A stretch of 64,000 nt of DNA from the human T2T-CHM13v2.0 reference genome, Homo sapiens. The notes below the pieces were generated by a model that had not been told where the DNA came from, ran no database searches, and saw nothing but the letters and a program-made list of their open reading frames with translations. The translations under genes and the position numbers were made by a program. How positions within the stretch are numbered: position 1 is the first letter of the stretch; every line of letters starts with the position of its first letter. The stretch lies in NCBI RefSeq assembly GCF_009914755.1, contig NC_060947.1, one strand, 5' to 3'. Below, piece by piece: positions 37,869 through 51,037 of this stretch.

Positions 37869-38925
37869 TTAGGCTGTTGGGAGATCTTGGGGCAGAGGAT
37901 GGTACCGTGGGGTCGTTAAAAGTAGCATTTGTCGTATAGGATGATTGGTAATGATCTGAATGTGGTTTTGTATGAATTGAGAAACCAAACAGAAGACACA
38001 AGGCCTGAATAAGAGAAGGAGAAACACAGGTACCAGGCGACTAAGAATAGGGAGGAGACAAGACACCCAGTTAGAAAGTGTCCAGGTGGATCCACTATAA
38101 TTATTTGCCTGGCTGCCGAGTTTTTGGGCATCTTTAAGCTTTTGTATGTTGTCATATAGCAGGCTGGATTGTTTTAGATAAAAACAAAATTGTTCATTTA
38201 AAAATACACAGAGTCCTCCTTTTTCAGCAGTGAGTAGGTCAAGTCCTTGGCGACTTTGAAGGAGAACTGCAGCTCAGGAGTCAACCTGGGCCTGAAGGAC
38301 TGATAAAGTTTGTGATTTATCTGTAATGCTAGTAGAAAAGTTATTAGAAAGGCTACAGAAGGCCGTGATAGAAGTTGAAACCCCTGCTATTCCAGCTCCA
38401 AGGGCAGTAGTGGAAGCAGAAAGTCCTAAGCCTACAAGTAGAGGGATTAGAGGAATAATTCTTTTTTGTCTGGTTGGTGTCATGCGGGGGACAGGAAGTT
38501 GCATGGTCCTATTAGAAAATTGAATTTTGGAAACAAGAAAAACTAGCGTACATGTACCTATCCAATTAGCAGGTAGACATGTAGGTGGAGGAGCTGCAGA
38601 GGAAGAAAAGACCTTTGTAAGGCAAAACCGGAAATGTAAAGTGAAAAGATGAGAAGAAGCACCAAAAGAGGTGTCTTGCACCTAGACTCTTAGGGATTTA
38701 GTGAGAGCAGCACATGTTAGAGGTTGTAATGGGGATTGATGGGGCAACTGGGTAGAGGGGGAGGTTCTATTTTTATGGTGTATGAGTAAGCTCATAATGT
38801 CTATGAGTAACCTTTCACTGCTATTCATGGGGCTGGTTATAAGCAAGCAAGTGGAGGGGCTAGGAGGAGATTCCAAAGAACAAGGGGAAGGTAGCCAAGG
38901 ATGGAGTGAAATGCAGGGCAAATGT
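37869..38925 (-). pseudogene. env: HERV-H env remnant (C-terminal SU plus TM)
   Basis: RQKR furin site, fusion peptide IIPLIPLLVGLGL, ISD-like LQSRQGLDLLTAEKGGLCVFLNE, TM anchor; contains stops and frameshifts. Confidence 0.88.
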
Positions 38926-41193
38926 CTTAAAGGAAATGACAGATTCTAAGAGGCGGGCTAGTGGCTTGTAACCCACATGGAAGAGGTTATGAAAGGACGA
39001 TAGAATGGAATGAGCCTGTGAGGCTGGAAAGAGGTATTTTCCTTGGTCTAAGAACCATTTGCCTTGAGTGGGGAGGGATTTATAGGTGGAAACTTCAGTG
39101 GGAGAGTAAGTAGGAGTGACTAATGAGAAAGAGAGAAACTGGCCATGAGGGACAGAAGTAGGAATACTGGCTCCTTCTTTAGCTGTCTTATCAGCATAAC
39201 TGTTGCCTTGAGCAGTGGGGTCTGAGGTCCTTTGATGGCCTTTGCAGTGAATGGCTCCACCTTCCTTTGGAAGTAAAGCGTCCTTGCGAAGGGTTTTTAT
39301 TAAAGAGGCATTAATGATGGAGGACCCTTGCTCACTAGGAAACTTCTTTCAGCCCGTATGGTGGTGCAGGACGTCAGAGGCATATTTAAAGCCAGTATAA
39401 ATATTGACACGCAATCCTTTTGCAAGAGTGAGGGCTCAAGTTAAGGCAATGAGTTAGGCTTGCTGAGAGGTAGTGGAGTGGACCAGAGCGGTAGCCTCAA
39501 TGATAGATGTATAAGATACTATATCATAGCCTGCCTTTGCTGGTGAGTGGCGATTAGGCCTGGTGGAACTGCCATCAATAAACCACGTGTGATCAGGGTA
39601 AGGAGAAGGATAAAAGGAAATATGGGGAAATGGAGTGAATGCCAGCTGGATCAGAGAGATATAGTCATGGGGGTCAGGTGAGGTATCAGGAATAATGTGG
39701 AGGCCAGCCTAAAACAGTAAGGTCAAGTTGTTTTGACAGAAAGGCTACAGGGCGCGGTCCCGGCTCTTTTGTAAGAATTCCTACCGCACAGCCCTGCACT
39801 TCGGCTTTGTGTAATGAAAAAGGGTTGGGATGAGTTAGGGAGAGCTAGTGTGGGAGCAACTTCTAGGGCTGTTTTTAAGTAATGGAAAGAGGAGTGGGGA
39901 AAGGATTTAGGATCTATGGGGTCAGCTAGGTTTTCCTTTGTGAGTTTATAAATGGTTTTGTTAGGATGGCAAAACCAGTTATCCAAAGGTTGAAGTGTCC
40001 AACCATGCCCAGGAAGGAAAGCAGTTGTTGCTTTGTAGAAGGTGTTGGGGTTTGATAGATCAGCTGGACATGATCGGCAGGGAGGGCATGCATGTTTTCA
40101 AGAAGAATTATGCCGAGGCAGTTAACAGATGTGGAAGAAATTTGAGCTTTGGAGGGGGATACCCATTATCTTTGGAAAATAAATGCTGAAGGGTATCTTG
40201 TTGAAAAGACTCAAAGGAGGGACTACAGAGTAGAAGGTCATCAATATATTGAATAAGGTGAGAAGCATAGGGGTGGAAAGAAAGTAAATCATGAGAAAGA
40301 GCTTGGCTGAAGTGATGGGGGCTGTCCCAGAAGCCTTGAGGCAGTACAGCCCAGGTAAGCTGCTGGGACTGATGGGTGTCAGGATCAGTCCAGGTAAAAG
40401 CAAAGAGAGGCTGGGATGAAGGGTCTAAAGGAATAGTAAAGGAAGCATGTTTGAGATCCAGAACAGAATAATGGGTTGTACAGGGAGGTACTGAGGATAG
40501 GAGAGTATATGGGCTTGGCACCAAAGGGTGGATAGGCAAGACAATTTGGTTGATAAGGCGAAGATCCTGGACCAGCCTGTAAGAATGGCCAGTTTTTGGA
40601 CAGTTAGGATAGGAGAGTTGTAAGGAGATTTTGTAGGCTTTAAGAGGCCATGTTGTAACAGGCGGGTAATAACAGGCTTTAAGCTTTTTAAAGCCTGCTG
40701 TGGGATGGGGTATTAGCGTTGAGCAGGGTAAGGGTAAAGGTTTTAGTAGGCGTGTGGTAGATTGCCAGAGAGGGAGTAGAGATATCCCATATTTGTGGGT
40801 TCAGGTGGGGGGATACAAGAGGAAGATGCAAAGGAGGCTTTAAACTGGGGGAAAGAGAGGCAATGAGGTGTGGCTGTAGCCTAGGAATAGTCAGGGAAGC
40901 AGATATTTTAAGATGTCTCGACCTAACAAGGGAGCTGAGCAGGTGGGAATAACTAAAAAGGAGTGCATAAAAGAATATTGTCCAAGTTGGCACCAAAGTT
41001 GGGAAGTTTTAAGAGGTTTAGAATCCTGGCTGTCAGTACCCACAACATTTATGGAGGCAAGGGAAACAGGCCCTTGAAAAGAAGGTAATGTGGAGTGGGT
41101 AGCCTCCTTATTGATTAAGAAGAGGATGGACTTACCCTCCACTGTAAGAGTTAGCCAAAGTGTCTGTGATGGTCCAGGAGGCTTCCAAGGCAA
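38926..41193 (-). pseudogene. pol: HERV-H pro-pol remnant (protease, RT, RNase H, integrase N-terminus only)
   Basis: LINKEATHS (degenerate protease site), LDLKHASF, VLPQGFWDSP, YIDDLLL; RNase H ~39180-39620; FHNLFHVG then an abrupt join to env. Confidence 0.88.
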
Positions 41194-41199
41194 TCAGGC

Positions 41200-42400
41200 A
41201 GTGTCAGTCTTCAGCTACTAAGCCGAGAAGATCTGGGAAGGAGTCAGTCAGAGAGCCTTGAGCCAGAGTTCCAGGGGCTCTGGGAGTGGCTGCTGGGTGA
41301 GTTGGACAGTCCAATTTCCAGTGGGGTCCCACACAAATGGGACATGGCTTAGGAGGAATCCTGCACTGCGGGCATTCCTTGGCCCAGTGGCCAGATTTCT
41401 GGCACTAGAAGCAAGATCCTGTGGGAGGAGGTCCTGGAGGAATGCCTGGCTGCTACAGTTTAGGCATTTTGAAGTTCTTGTGTGCTGGAGATGTGGCTGG
41501 CGTTTCTCATACAGGGGAGGCAAGTAATTGCAACTCAGAAATACGTTGCCATTTGGCTGCCTCTTGTCTGTTATTGTACACCTTGAAGGCGAGGTTAATT
41601 AAGTCCTTTTGTGGGGTTTTAGGGCTGGAATCTAATTTTTGGAGCTTTATTTCGGGAACGGATTGGGTAATAAAATGCATATTGAGAATAATGCGGCCTT
41701 CTGGCCCCTCTGGGTCTAGGGTGGTAAAGCATTTAAGGGTTGTTGCCAAACAGGCCATGAACTGGGCTGGGTTTTCATATTTCATGAAAAAGAGCCTAAA
41801 CACTAACTGATTTGGGAGAAGTCAGATAAAGAAAAAGGAACACTAACCTTGACTATGCCTTCAGCTCCAGCCACCTCTGTAAGAGGAAATTGTTGGGCAG
41901 GTTGGGGGAGGGCTAGTCACAGAATGAAACTGTAAGCCGGACTGGTTGTGAGGAGGGGAAGTGATAGAGGGATTATATGGTGGGGGAGCGGATGCTGAGG
42001 AAGAATTGGGACCTGGCTTGGCCTGGCAAGGAGCAGCCTGGGGAGGAGGGGAGAGGTCAGATGAGTCCATAGCAAAGGAGGATTCAAAGGACTCAGAGCT
42101 TGGGGTGAAGGGCAGACAGGAGAGAAAGAAGAAAGATTTGGGATGAGTCGCATTGGGAGCAGAGACTAGGGAGGGACAAATGTGTAAAAGAATGCCTGGA
42201 TGTCAGGCATCTCAGACTATTTGCCCATTTTTCGACAAAAATCATCCAGGTCTTGTAAGATGGAGAAATCAAAAGTGCCATTTTCTGAACATTTGGAACC
42301 ACTGTTGAGTTTGTGTTTGGGCCTAGCGGTATTGCAGAAGAAAATAAGACGTTTAGGTTTTAGGTCAGGTGTTGGTTGAAGGGGTTTTAGGTTTTTAAGA
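41200..42400 (-). pseudogene. gag: HERV-H gag remnant
   Basis: NGTFDFSILQDLDDFCRKMGK, PPPY late domain, [33 protein letters not shown] and [13 protein letters not shown]. Confidence 0.85.
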
Positions 42401-42942
42401 ACACAGGCTAAGGGAGAAGAAGAGGGAATTGAGGGTAGAAGGTTGCCCGTAGTGAAGGAGGCAAGCCCAGAGAAAAGAGAGGGTAGAGACATGGAGGTGG
42501 GTGGTGGTACTTGCCACCCAGGGGAGTTTTTATGGACTCTAGTACTGGATTATTCACTAAGGTGAAGAATCAAGGCAGGCGTCCCCGTGGTGATCAGACA
42601 CGTCTGAAATGTGGGTGAATAATCAGGCAGGGGTCCCCGCAGTGATTAGGCACCAAGGGAAGACTGTCTTCCCGAGTCCGTGACTGGCACCGGAGTTTTG
42701 GGTCCACAGATAAAATGTGTCTCCTTTATCTCTACTAGAGAGGAAAAAGAACTGGAATTGGAAGGACAGGGTGATTGAAGGGTAGCGAGAGAGGCTGGAG
42801 AAGGGAGTGAAAAGACTGTTTACCTGATTTGAAATTGATGAGATGTTCCTTGGGCTGGTTGGTCTGAGGACCTGAAGTCATAGATGTATCTCCTCACGAA
42901 GTGAGGGCGAGGATGGGAACGGTCTCCCGAAGGAGTCCTCCT

Positions 42943-42962
42943 GTCCCAGGTCTTTGGCACCA
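42943..42962 (-). other. Primer binding site, tRNA-Phe-like
   Basis: TGGTGCCAAAGACCTGGGAC 2 nt after the 5' LTR. Confidence 0.7.
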
Positions 42963-42964
42963 AA

Positions 42965-43413
42965 TGTCATATGCGTCCGTGTGAAGAGAGTCCACCAAAC
43001 AGGCTTTCTGTGAGCAATAAAGCTGTTTATTTCACCTGGATGCAGGTGGGCTGAGTCCGAAAAAGGAGTCAGCAAAGGGAGATAGGGGTGGGGCAGTTTT
43101 ATAGGACTGGGGTAAGCAGTGGAAAGTTACAGTCAGCAGAGGAGGGAGTCACAAGGTGCATGGTGGGGAGATCATAAGACTCATTGCCCAGAAGAAGAAT
43201 GTCACGAGGTTGATCAATCAGTTGGGGCAGGGCAGGAACAAGTCATAATGGAACGTTGTAAGGTTGGTCAATCAGTTAAGACAAGAGCTGGCTGTTTTAC
43301 TTCTTCTGTAGTTTTGGGTTGCCCCAGACTTCTTGGCTCTTGCAGGCCATCTGGACATATATGTGCAGGTCACAGGGGTTACAATGGCTGAGCTTCGGCT
43401 CAGAAGCCTGACA
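42965..43413 (-). repeat. 5' LTR (LTR7C-like)
   Basis: ~94% identical to the 3' LTR; lacks a 20-bp U3 segment and has 3 extra bp. Confidence 0.9.
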
Positions 43414-45879
43414 GTCTAGGGCTGAAGGCTGTTGTTCAGGATTTTTTGTCCCACGGATTGTTCCCTTGATGTTGTACTCTCCCCGTTTTTCTGTGGATGT
43501 GGCTTCCTGTGAGCCGAACTGCAGTGCTTGTTGTTTCTCTTCTGGATCTAGCCACCCAGTGAGTCTACCCAGCTCTGGACTGGTACTGGGGTCTGCACAG
43601 AGTCCTGTGATGTGAACTCTCTATGGGTCTCTCACCTGTAGATATCAGTGCCTGTTCTGGTGGAGGTGGCAGAAGGTGCAGTGGACTTTGTGAGGGTCCT
43701 TAACTTTGGTGGTTTAATGCTCTATTATTGTGCTGGTTGTCTCCTGCCAGGAGGTAGTGCTTTCCAGATAGCATCAGCTGTAGTACTGTGGAGAACAACC
43801 AGCAGTGGGTGGGGCCCTAGAACTCCCAAGATTATATGCCCTTTGTCTTCTGCTACCAGGATGGGTAGGGAAAGACCATCAGGTGGGGGTGGGGCTAGGC
43901 ATGTCTGAGCTCAGAGTCTCCTTGGGCTGGTCTTGCTGCAGCTGCTGTGGGGGATGGGGTTGAGATTCCCAAGTCACAGGAATTGTGTACCTAGGAGGAC
44001 TGTGGCTGTCTCTGCTGGGTCATGCAGGTTGTCAGGGAAGTGGGGGAAAATCAGCAGTCACAGGCCTCACCCAGCTGCCACATAAACCAGAGGGCCATTC
44101 TCAGTCCCACTGTGCAGCCCACAACAGCCCCGAGTCTGTTTCCAGGCAGAGGGTGAGACAGGCTTGAAAACTTGCTGGATACTTTCCACCTCCCAGCTGC
44201 AAAAGAAAAGAGCTTTAGTTCTTCCACCACCTGTGAAGTCTGCAAGCGGGATTTGTGCCTCTTCCCCCACCCCAGAGTTCTGGCCAAGAGGCTTCTCACC
44301 CTTTCAAATTGTTACAGAGTTCAGCTAGAGAATTCCTTCTTTCTGTAGAGTTTTACTCCCTGCGCCTCTGGCCACCCTTGTAATGGATCCTTGTGGTACC
44401 AGGCAGGAATGGGCTGCTTGGGGATCTCGCGATCTCCTGGGGCCTTTCTGCTGCTCCCTCTACCCCTGTATTTCACTTGGTTTGGCACTCTGACTTGACT
44501 CAGCTCCAGGTAAAGTCAGAAACTTCTCTTGCAAACAGACCTTCAGCTGTGTGTTCAGGAGAGGAGGGTCTCCCTTTCCTACTTCCACAGTTGGGGCACT
44601 CACCGTATTTGGGGTGTCTCTGGGGTCCTGCAGGAGCAGTCCACTTCCTTCAGAGGGTCTGTGAGTCCTCTCAGTATTGCCCGTTTGTTCTTGCAGTTGA
44701 TCTGGAGCTAAAATGCACAGTGCAAGCCTCCACATGCTGCTCTGTCCAGAGTTGCAATCTAGTCCCATGATCCCGACAAAATTCTCTGTTTTTGCGTTCC
44801 TATAAAGAAATACCTAAGACTGGGTAATTTATAAAGAAAAGAGGTTTAATTGGCTCACAGTTCTGCAGGCTGTACAGCAAGTATAGAATTGACATCACGT
44901 GGTTTCTGGGGAGGCCTCACAGAGCTTTTACTCATGACATTAGGTTAAGCAGGAGCTTGCATATTATGTAGTGAAAGCAGGAGCAACAGATAGTGAGTGA
45001 GGGGAAGGTGCCACACACTTTTAAATGACCAGAGCTTGTGAGAACTCACTATCACCAAGACAACACCAAGTCATGAGAGATCCATCCCTATGAACCAAAC
45101 ACTTCCCACCAGGCCCTAACCTCCAGGATGGGGTATTGCAATTCAACCTGAGATTTGGGCAGGGACAAATATCCAAACTATATTACGGCACTGTCCATAG
45201 TTGGTGCTCTGCCATGATAATGTGTGAGTCAGGGTGCAAAAGATGGAGACTGGATATTTTATGAATACTGAGTGATGTGTGGAGGGCCCAGTCATGGGCA
45301 GGCACACACTGACCCTTGAGGGTAAAGATAGCTACTTTATATCTGGGCCCAAAGTCTGTTGTCCTCTAGCTGCCTAGGTGCTGAGATTGTTGGGGGGACC
45401 CTATACAATTTCAGTCTTCTAGGACAATAAATGTAGTAGCCCACAAAACAGCAGTTGTCACCTATGTACCTTATCTTCCTAAAAATTGCCACACCAATTT
45501 TAGGGGAGACTGAATGAGTGATTATTAGACCCCAGAGGTTCCTGCCTTATATCAGTTTGCCTTAGTGGTTCTCTTTGTGGTTTTAAGAATAGGCCCTTCC
45601 TTTACATAACCTTTCCCTCACTGATATATACACAGACTCAAAGTCTCTAAGGACATATTTCCTTATGTAGAAGCAGTGTGAGGAGAGGAAAATCAGAACT
45701 TCTGAGACATGATACATTCAATATACTCCTGCCTTCACCACCATAGAGTATGGGAGCTAAAGATATTTCCTAGATAGTTTTCCTTAGCTTATGGGGGAAT
45801 TAAAGGACTTTAAAATAGCCTGATTATTCTATATTTTCCTGACGATGTCTCTCACCGTTTCCTTGAGAAGTTCTCTATT

Positions 45880-46030
45880 TTATTTTCTTCCCATTACCTC
45901 AAGTATTTATTCTTTGTGTTATAAACAATCCAATTATACTTTTAGTTATTTTTAAGTGTAAAATTAAATTACTACTTATAGTTACCCTGTTGTGCTATCA
46001 AATATTAGATCTTATTAATTTTCTCTATTT
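45880..46030 (-). mobile_element. L1MA 3' terminal fragment
   Basis: cattacctcaagtatttattctttgtgttataaacaatccaattatacttttagttattttt...gttaccctgttgtgctatcaaata. Confidence 0.7.
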
Positions 46031-48837
46031 ATTAGGCAGTTCCAGCTGCCTATGTGTCTGTCTGTGTGGCAGACTGTACTCTAAAGTATTTGCTGATGAT
46101 TCGGGAGCTAGGTCATAGGCCTATGGCTCAATCTTTAGGCCTCTGGAGTGAAATAACTATAAATGATCAAATCTTAGTCTCTCGTGGTAGCTGCTGTGTC
46201 AGGTAAGAAATGGCCTTATCAGGACGTTTTTTTTTTTTCCTTTGGGCAGGTTAGTGAGTTTTATGGGAAGCTAACTTCCAAATAGGATGTCTGTTTATTT
46301 AGACATGGTGGGAGATGTGCCTGCTGAGAGGACAGCCTGGTGGTGATAGTCCCCCAGACTAGTTATTTTGATCCTGAAGATTCCTTGTAGAGGACCACAA
46401 GTGATAGCCAGGGGTTGTTGGAAGTCATGAAAACAGTTGAGATAAGGTTGCATAAAGGGTAGGTCTAATAACTTCAGATACAAGGTCTCAAGCAACTGTA
46501 TTTCTATATATTAGCAGTAAACAATTGGAAACTGAAACTAAAATTACAATACTATTCAAATATGCTCAAAGAGACCAAAATATGTATAAACCTAACAAAA
46601 CATTTAAAGAATTTTTATGCTTAGAAGTATTAAATGTTCATAAAAAATCAAAGAAGACCTAAATAAATGGAGAAACATAACAATGTTCTTGGAATGGAAG
46701 ATACAACATAGTAAAAATGTCAATTCTATGTAGATTTATATACCGATTTAACATCATTGCCATTAAAATGCCATGGGGATTCTTTTTAAATATAGAAAGC
46801 TGTTTGTAATTTTTTTATGGGGAGGCAAAGGAACTAGAATAGTCAGGAAAATTGGGGGAAAATAGAATACAGTTGGATGAATCACAACACTTAAATTAAA
46901 GACCTACTTATTCAAGACTTCATGGTGTTGGTGAATGGATAGACACATAGATTAATGGAACGAAATAGAGAGTCTGGAAATAGACCTAACAAATATGACC
47001 AATTGATTTTTTTTTTTACATTAAGTCCCAGGATACATGTGCAGAACGTGCAGGTTTGTTACACAGGTATACATGTGCCATGGTGGTTTGCTACACCAAA
47101 CAACCCATCATCTATGTTTTAAGCCCTACATACATTAGGTATTTGTCCTAATACTCTCCCTCCCCTTGCCCTCCACCATTCAACAGGCCCTGCAATGTGA
47201 TATTCCCCTCCCCATTTCAGTGTGTTCTCATTGTTCAACTCCCACTTATGAGTGAGAACATGTGGTGTTTGGTTTTCTGTTCCTGTGTTAGTTTGCTGAG
47301 AATGATGGCTTCCAGCTTCATCCATGTCCCTGCAAAGCACATGATCTCATTCTTTTTTTATGGCTGCATAGGATTCCCTGGTGTATATGTGCCATATTTT
47401 CTTTATTCAGTCTATCATTGATGGGCATTTGGGTTGGTTCCCATGTCTTTGCTATTGTAAATAGTGCTGCAATAAACATACATGTGCATGTGTCTTTATA
47501 GTAGAATGATTTATAATCCTTTGGGTATATACCCAGCAATGAGATTGCTGGGTCAAATAGGATTTCTGGTCCCAAATCCCTGAGGAATCGCCACACTGTC
47601 TTCCACAATGGTTGAACTAATTTACGTGCCCACCAACAGTGTAAAAGCATTTCTATTTCTTCACAGCCTCGCCAGCATCTATTGTTTCTTGACGTTTTAA
47701 TAATTGCTATTCTGACTGGCATGAGATGGTATCTGATTGTGGTTTTGATTTGCATTTCTGTAATGATCAGTGATGTTGAGCTCTTTTTCATATGTTTATT
47801 GACCACATAAATGTCTTCTTCTGAGAAGTGTCTGTTTATATCCTTTGCCCACTTTTGGATGGTGGTGTTTGTTTTTTTCTTGTAAATTTAAGTTCCTTGT
47901 AGATTCTGGATATTAGACCTTTGTCAGATGGATAGATTGCAAAAATTTTCTCCCATTCTATAGGTTACCTGTTCACTCTGATGATAGTTTCTTTTGCTGT
48001 GCAGAAGCACTTTAGTTCAGTTAGATTCCATTTGTTAATTTTGGATTTTGTTGCAATTGCTTTTGGTGTTTTCATCATGAAGTCTTTGCCCATGCCTATG
48101 TCCTGAATGGTATTACCTAGGTTTTCTTCTAAGGTTTTTATGGTTTGGGGTTTTACATTTAAGTCTTTAATCCATCTTGAGTTAATTTTTGTATAAGGTG
48201 TAAGGAAGGGGTCCAGTTTCTGTTTTCTGCATATGACTTCCACTTTTTCCAACACCATTTATTTAAGAGAGAATTCTTTCCCCATTACTTGTTTTTGTCA
48301 GGTTGTAGCAGGACAAGCCGCAGACAAAACCCCTCAGACAACAAGTTGTAGAAGGAAGGGGCTTTATTCAGCTGGAAACATTGGCAGACTAGCGTCTTAA
48401 AATCCGAGCTCCCTGAGTGCACAATTTCTGTCCCTTTTAAGGGCTCACAATGCTAAAGTTTTCACATGAGAGGGTCGTGACTGATTGAGCAAGCTAGGGA
48501 GTACATGACAGGGGCTGCATGCACCGCTAGTCAGAGTGAAACAGAACAGAGCAGGAAGGTTCACAATGTCCTTCCATACAATGTCTGGAATCTATAGATA
48601 ACATCAGTGGCTAGGTCAGGGGTTGAATTTTAACTACTAGGCTTAGACCAGGCAGGCCCAGGCCTGGTTTGGGTCTGGTTCTCAGCGCTGGGCTCCCTGC
48701 CTTTTGTTTCACTTCTTTTTTTTTTTTTCAAGACATATTGAGTATAAAACAATCTGAGAGAGTTTTTCTCTTCTCTCATTTCCCCCCTTTGAGACTCTCA
48801 CTCACTTTATTAGTGTGAGTTCTCACTTTCATTTTCA

Positions 48838-50909
48838 CTACTTATGTCTTCCTGTATGATAGACTGATAGTGATTCATATAGTACACTTGTGCTGAAGCA
48901 TTTTGATGAACTAGGGTAGCAGCTTTTTATTACATGAATTAGTATAGGTAGTAGACAAGGGTGCAGTAAGCAGGTTCCTATTATTATTATAATTCTTATT
49001 ATTAGGGTTTTAAATCTTCGTAGTGCTGGGAAGTACCTTTCAAACATGGCCCCAGGGGCAAATCTGTGCCACACTTATACAGACACATGTGCCAGTTTTG
49101 TTATGTCTTTTACTGTATCTTCAACTGCCTGTCTTTGATTTTCTATGTGTAGCCAGCAATTAGTAAGGTTAAATTTCCTACAAACTCCTCCTTTAGCTTC
49201 TAGCAAGTAGTCGAGAGCCAATTTATTTTGATAGATAGCATTTTTCATCTGAGTTTCTTCCTGGGCCAGAATAGTCAAGCCTCTGCCAGTCTTATTAGTG
49301 ATTATTTCTAAGACAGCTTGTAACTGTATGATTTGGTTGAGCATGCAAATGGGAGTCTGGTATCCCCACAAGCCATCTTGTGCCTAAGTAGCAGGCCCAT
49401 AGTATTGTATGATTCTCTCGGGGGGGGGGGCATTCATTATTTTTCTAATTTTTTTTATAGCTATGGTGTTTTTTTTGTTTGTTTGTTTTGTTTTTTTTTT
49501 GCGGGAAGCATAGACAGGGAAGCCCAGGAGTTTGCCTTTCTTTATGGGCAGTAGGATGAAAGATGGTTCAATAGTGCCAATAACACAATTATCTGCCCAC
49601 TGGTTGGGTAATTTGGCGTAAACTCTATGCCCACATATCCAGTATAATCCAGTTGGGGCTCTCCACTCCTGGTGGGACTTCAGGTGGGTCCACACAGTTT
49701 GCAACATTGGAAATTTACTAAATGGAGTTTTCTTAGTCTGGTATGAACTCCACTAGGTGGCTGTTTTTGTTGTTGTTGTTGTTTGTGGTACTATTATACA
49801 GCTTCTGTCCCAGACAACTAAGTTGTCCTGCAGGATGAGTGAATTCTTTGCCTTCTCTAGCTATGCAATATTTTCCAGTAATTGACACTTTTAGAACCTA
49901 GAAATTAGCAGGGTGATTCTTTTGGGCTGGGAATTCATCAGGAACTGGGTCTGTAGGTACTAATTCTCAGGCTTCCCATGGCCATTGATTTTCTATTACA
50001 GTTTCTCCACATACATAGCATGAAGTGACATTGAGAGACTGGGATACATGCTCGACTAATTGCAAAAACACATTTCTTGTTTTTCCTGGAATTTCTGGTA
50101 CTGGCACATTCAGTTCATCATAGAAGCTTTGAAATACTGGCTCAGGAGAGCGTTTATAAACTTCTCCTCAAACCACGATATTTACTTGAGGATCCAGTCC
50201 AGCTCCATCGATTCCTAGGGTTACACGCTCTCTTTTTTCTTAGCGAGGTTTAAGGGGGTTGGTTATTACTAGTTCTAAGGGGTTACACTGACCACTGGTA
50301 CAGGAAGGGCCACTTTTCCTTTTCTGAAGGTGGATAGGATTTTTTTCATTTTTTATCCAAGTAGCCTAAATGACTCAAGACCAGTATCCACGTTCATTTT
50401 CACACAGGCCTAATTCATGACAAATGTACTTATTTTCTGCCATATAGCCTCTTTTCTAATTAAGAGAACCACATCTTATTCCTAACTTATTACTATTAAT
50501 GACAGCACAGGCATCAAATTTTAAGGTGACTTCTTTGGGCACCCCTTTTTCTTCTGTTTTGGCTAACACTTTACTCATATAGTTTATGAGCCCCCACCAG
50601 TCCTCAGTCCTTAGTCTTATTTTAAAAACTGTGGTCATGGGAGGCTCAGATGGGTCATAACACATCAGGTTGGTCATTTCCTGGGCTATATACCTTGTAT
50701 AGAATAACATTATACAAACAAGTTCTTTTTAGAGTTCCAGTATACTTATAATAACCATAAAATAATAGGACTGTAGCAACCTTTTGTCCTACCTCAGTGA
50801 CTTGATGTATACACTGGGAACAGTCCTCAGTCTGAGGAAGGTCAGTTGAAGTCCTTACTGTACAAGTCCAAATTTTAAGGAAAATGAGTCCTGCGATGAG
50901 TTTTCTCAT
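48838..50909 (-). pseudogene. env: HERV-E/ERV3-type env, disrupted
   Basis: Signal peptide MRKLIAGLIFLKIWTC, APTGLYWICGH, PPERIIQYYGPAT, ISD-like YQNKLALDYLLEAKGGVC. Confidence 0.85.
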
Positions 50910-51037
50910 GCTTCGGCCATGTGTGGGCCAGTCAGCTTCTGCGTGTGACTGGAGCAGCGCTTGTCCTCTTCTTCAGTCACTTTGCAGGAGTTGGTGAAGC
51001 TGCTCCTGTCCATGTACAGCTCACGGTCTACTGATGT

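Larger units (their letters stand above)
37230..43413 (-). mobile_element. HERV-H-family provirus with LTR7C-type LTRs (6.2 kb, internally deleted)
   Basis: Two LTRs with TG..CA ends; TSD atcta/gtcta (37225-37229 / 43414-43418); PPT aagacaggaa; gag with two zinc knuckles, pro, RT (YIDD), RNase H, env TM. Confidence 0.93.
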
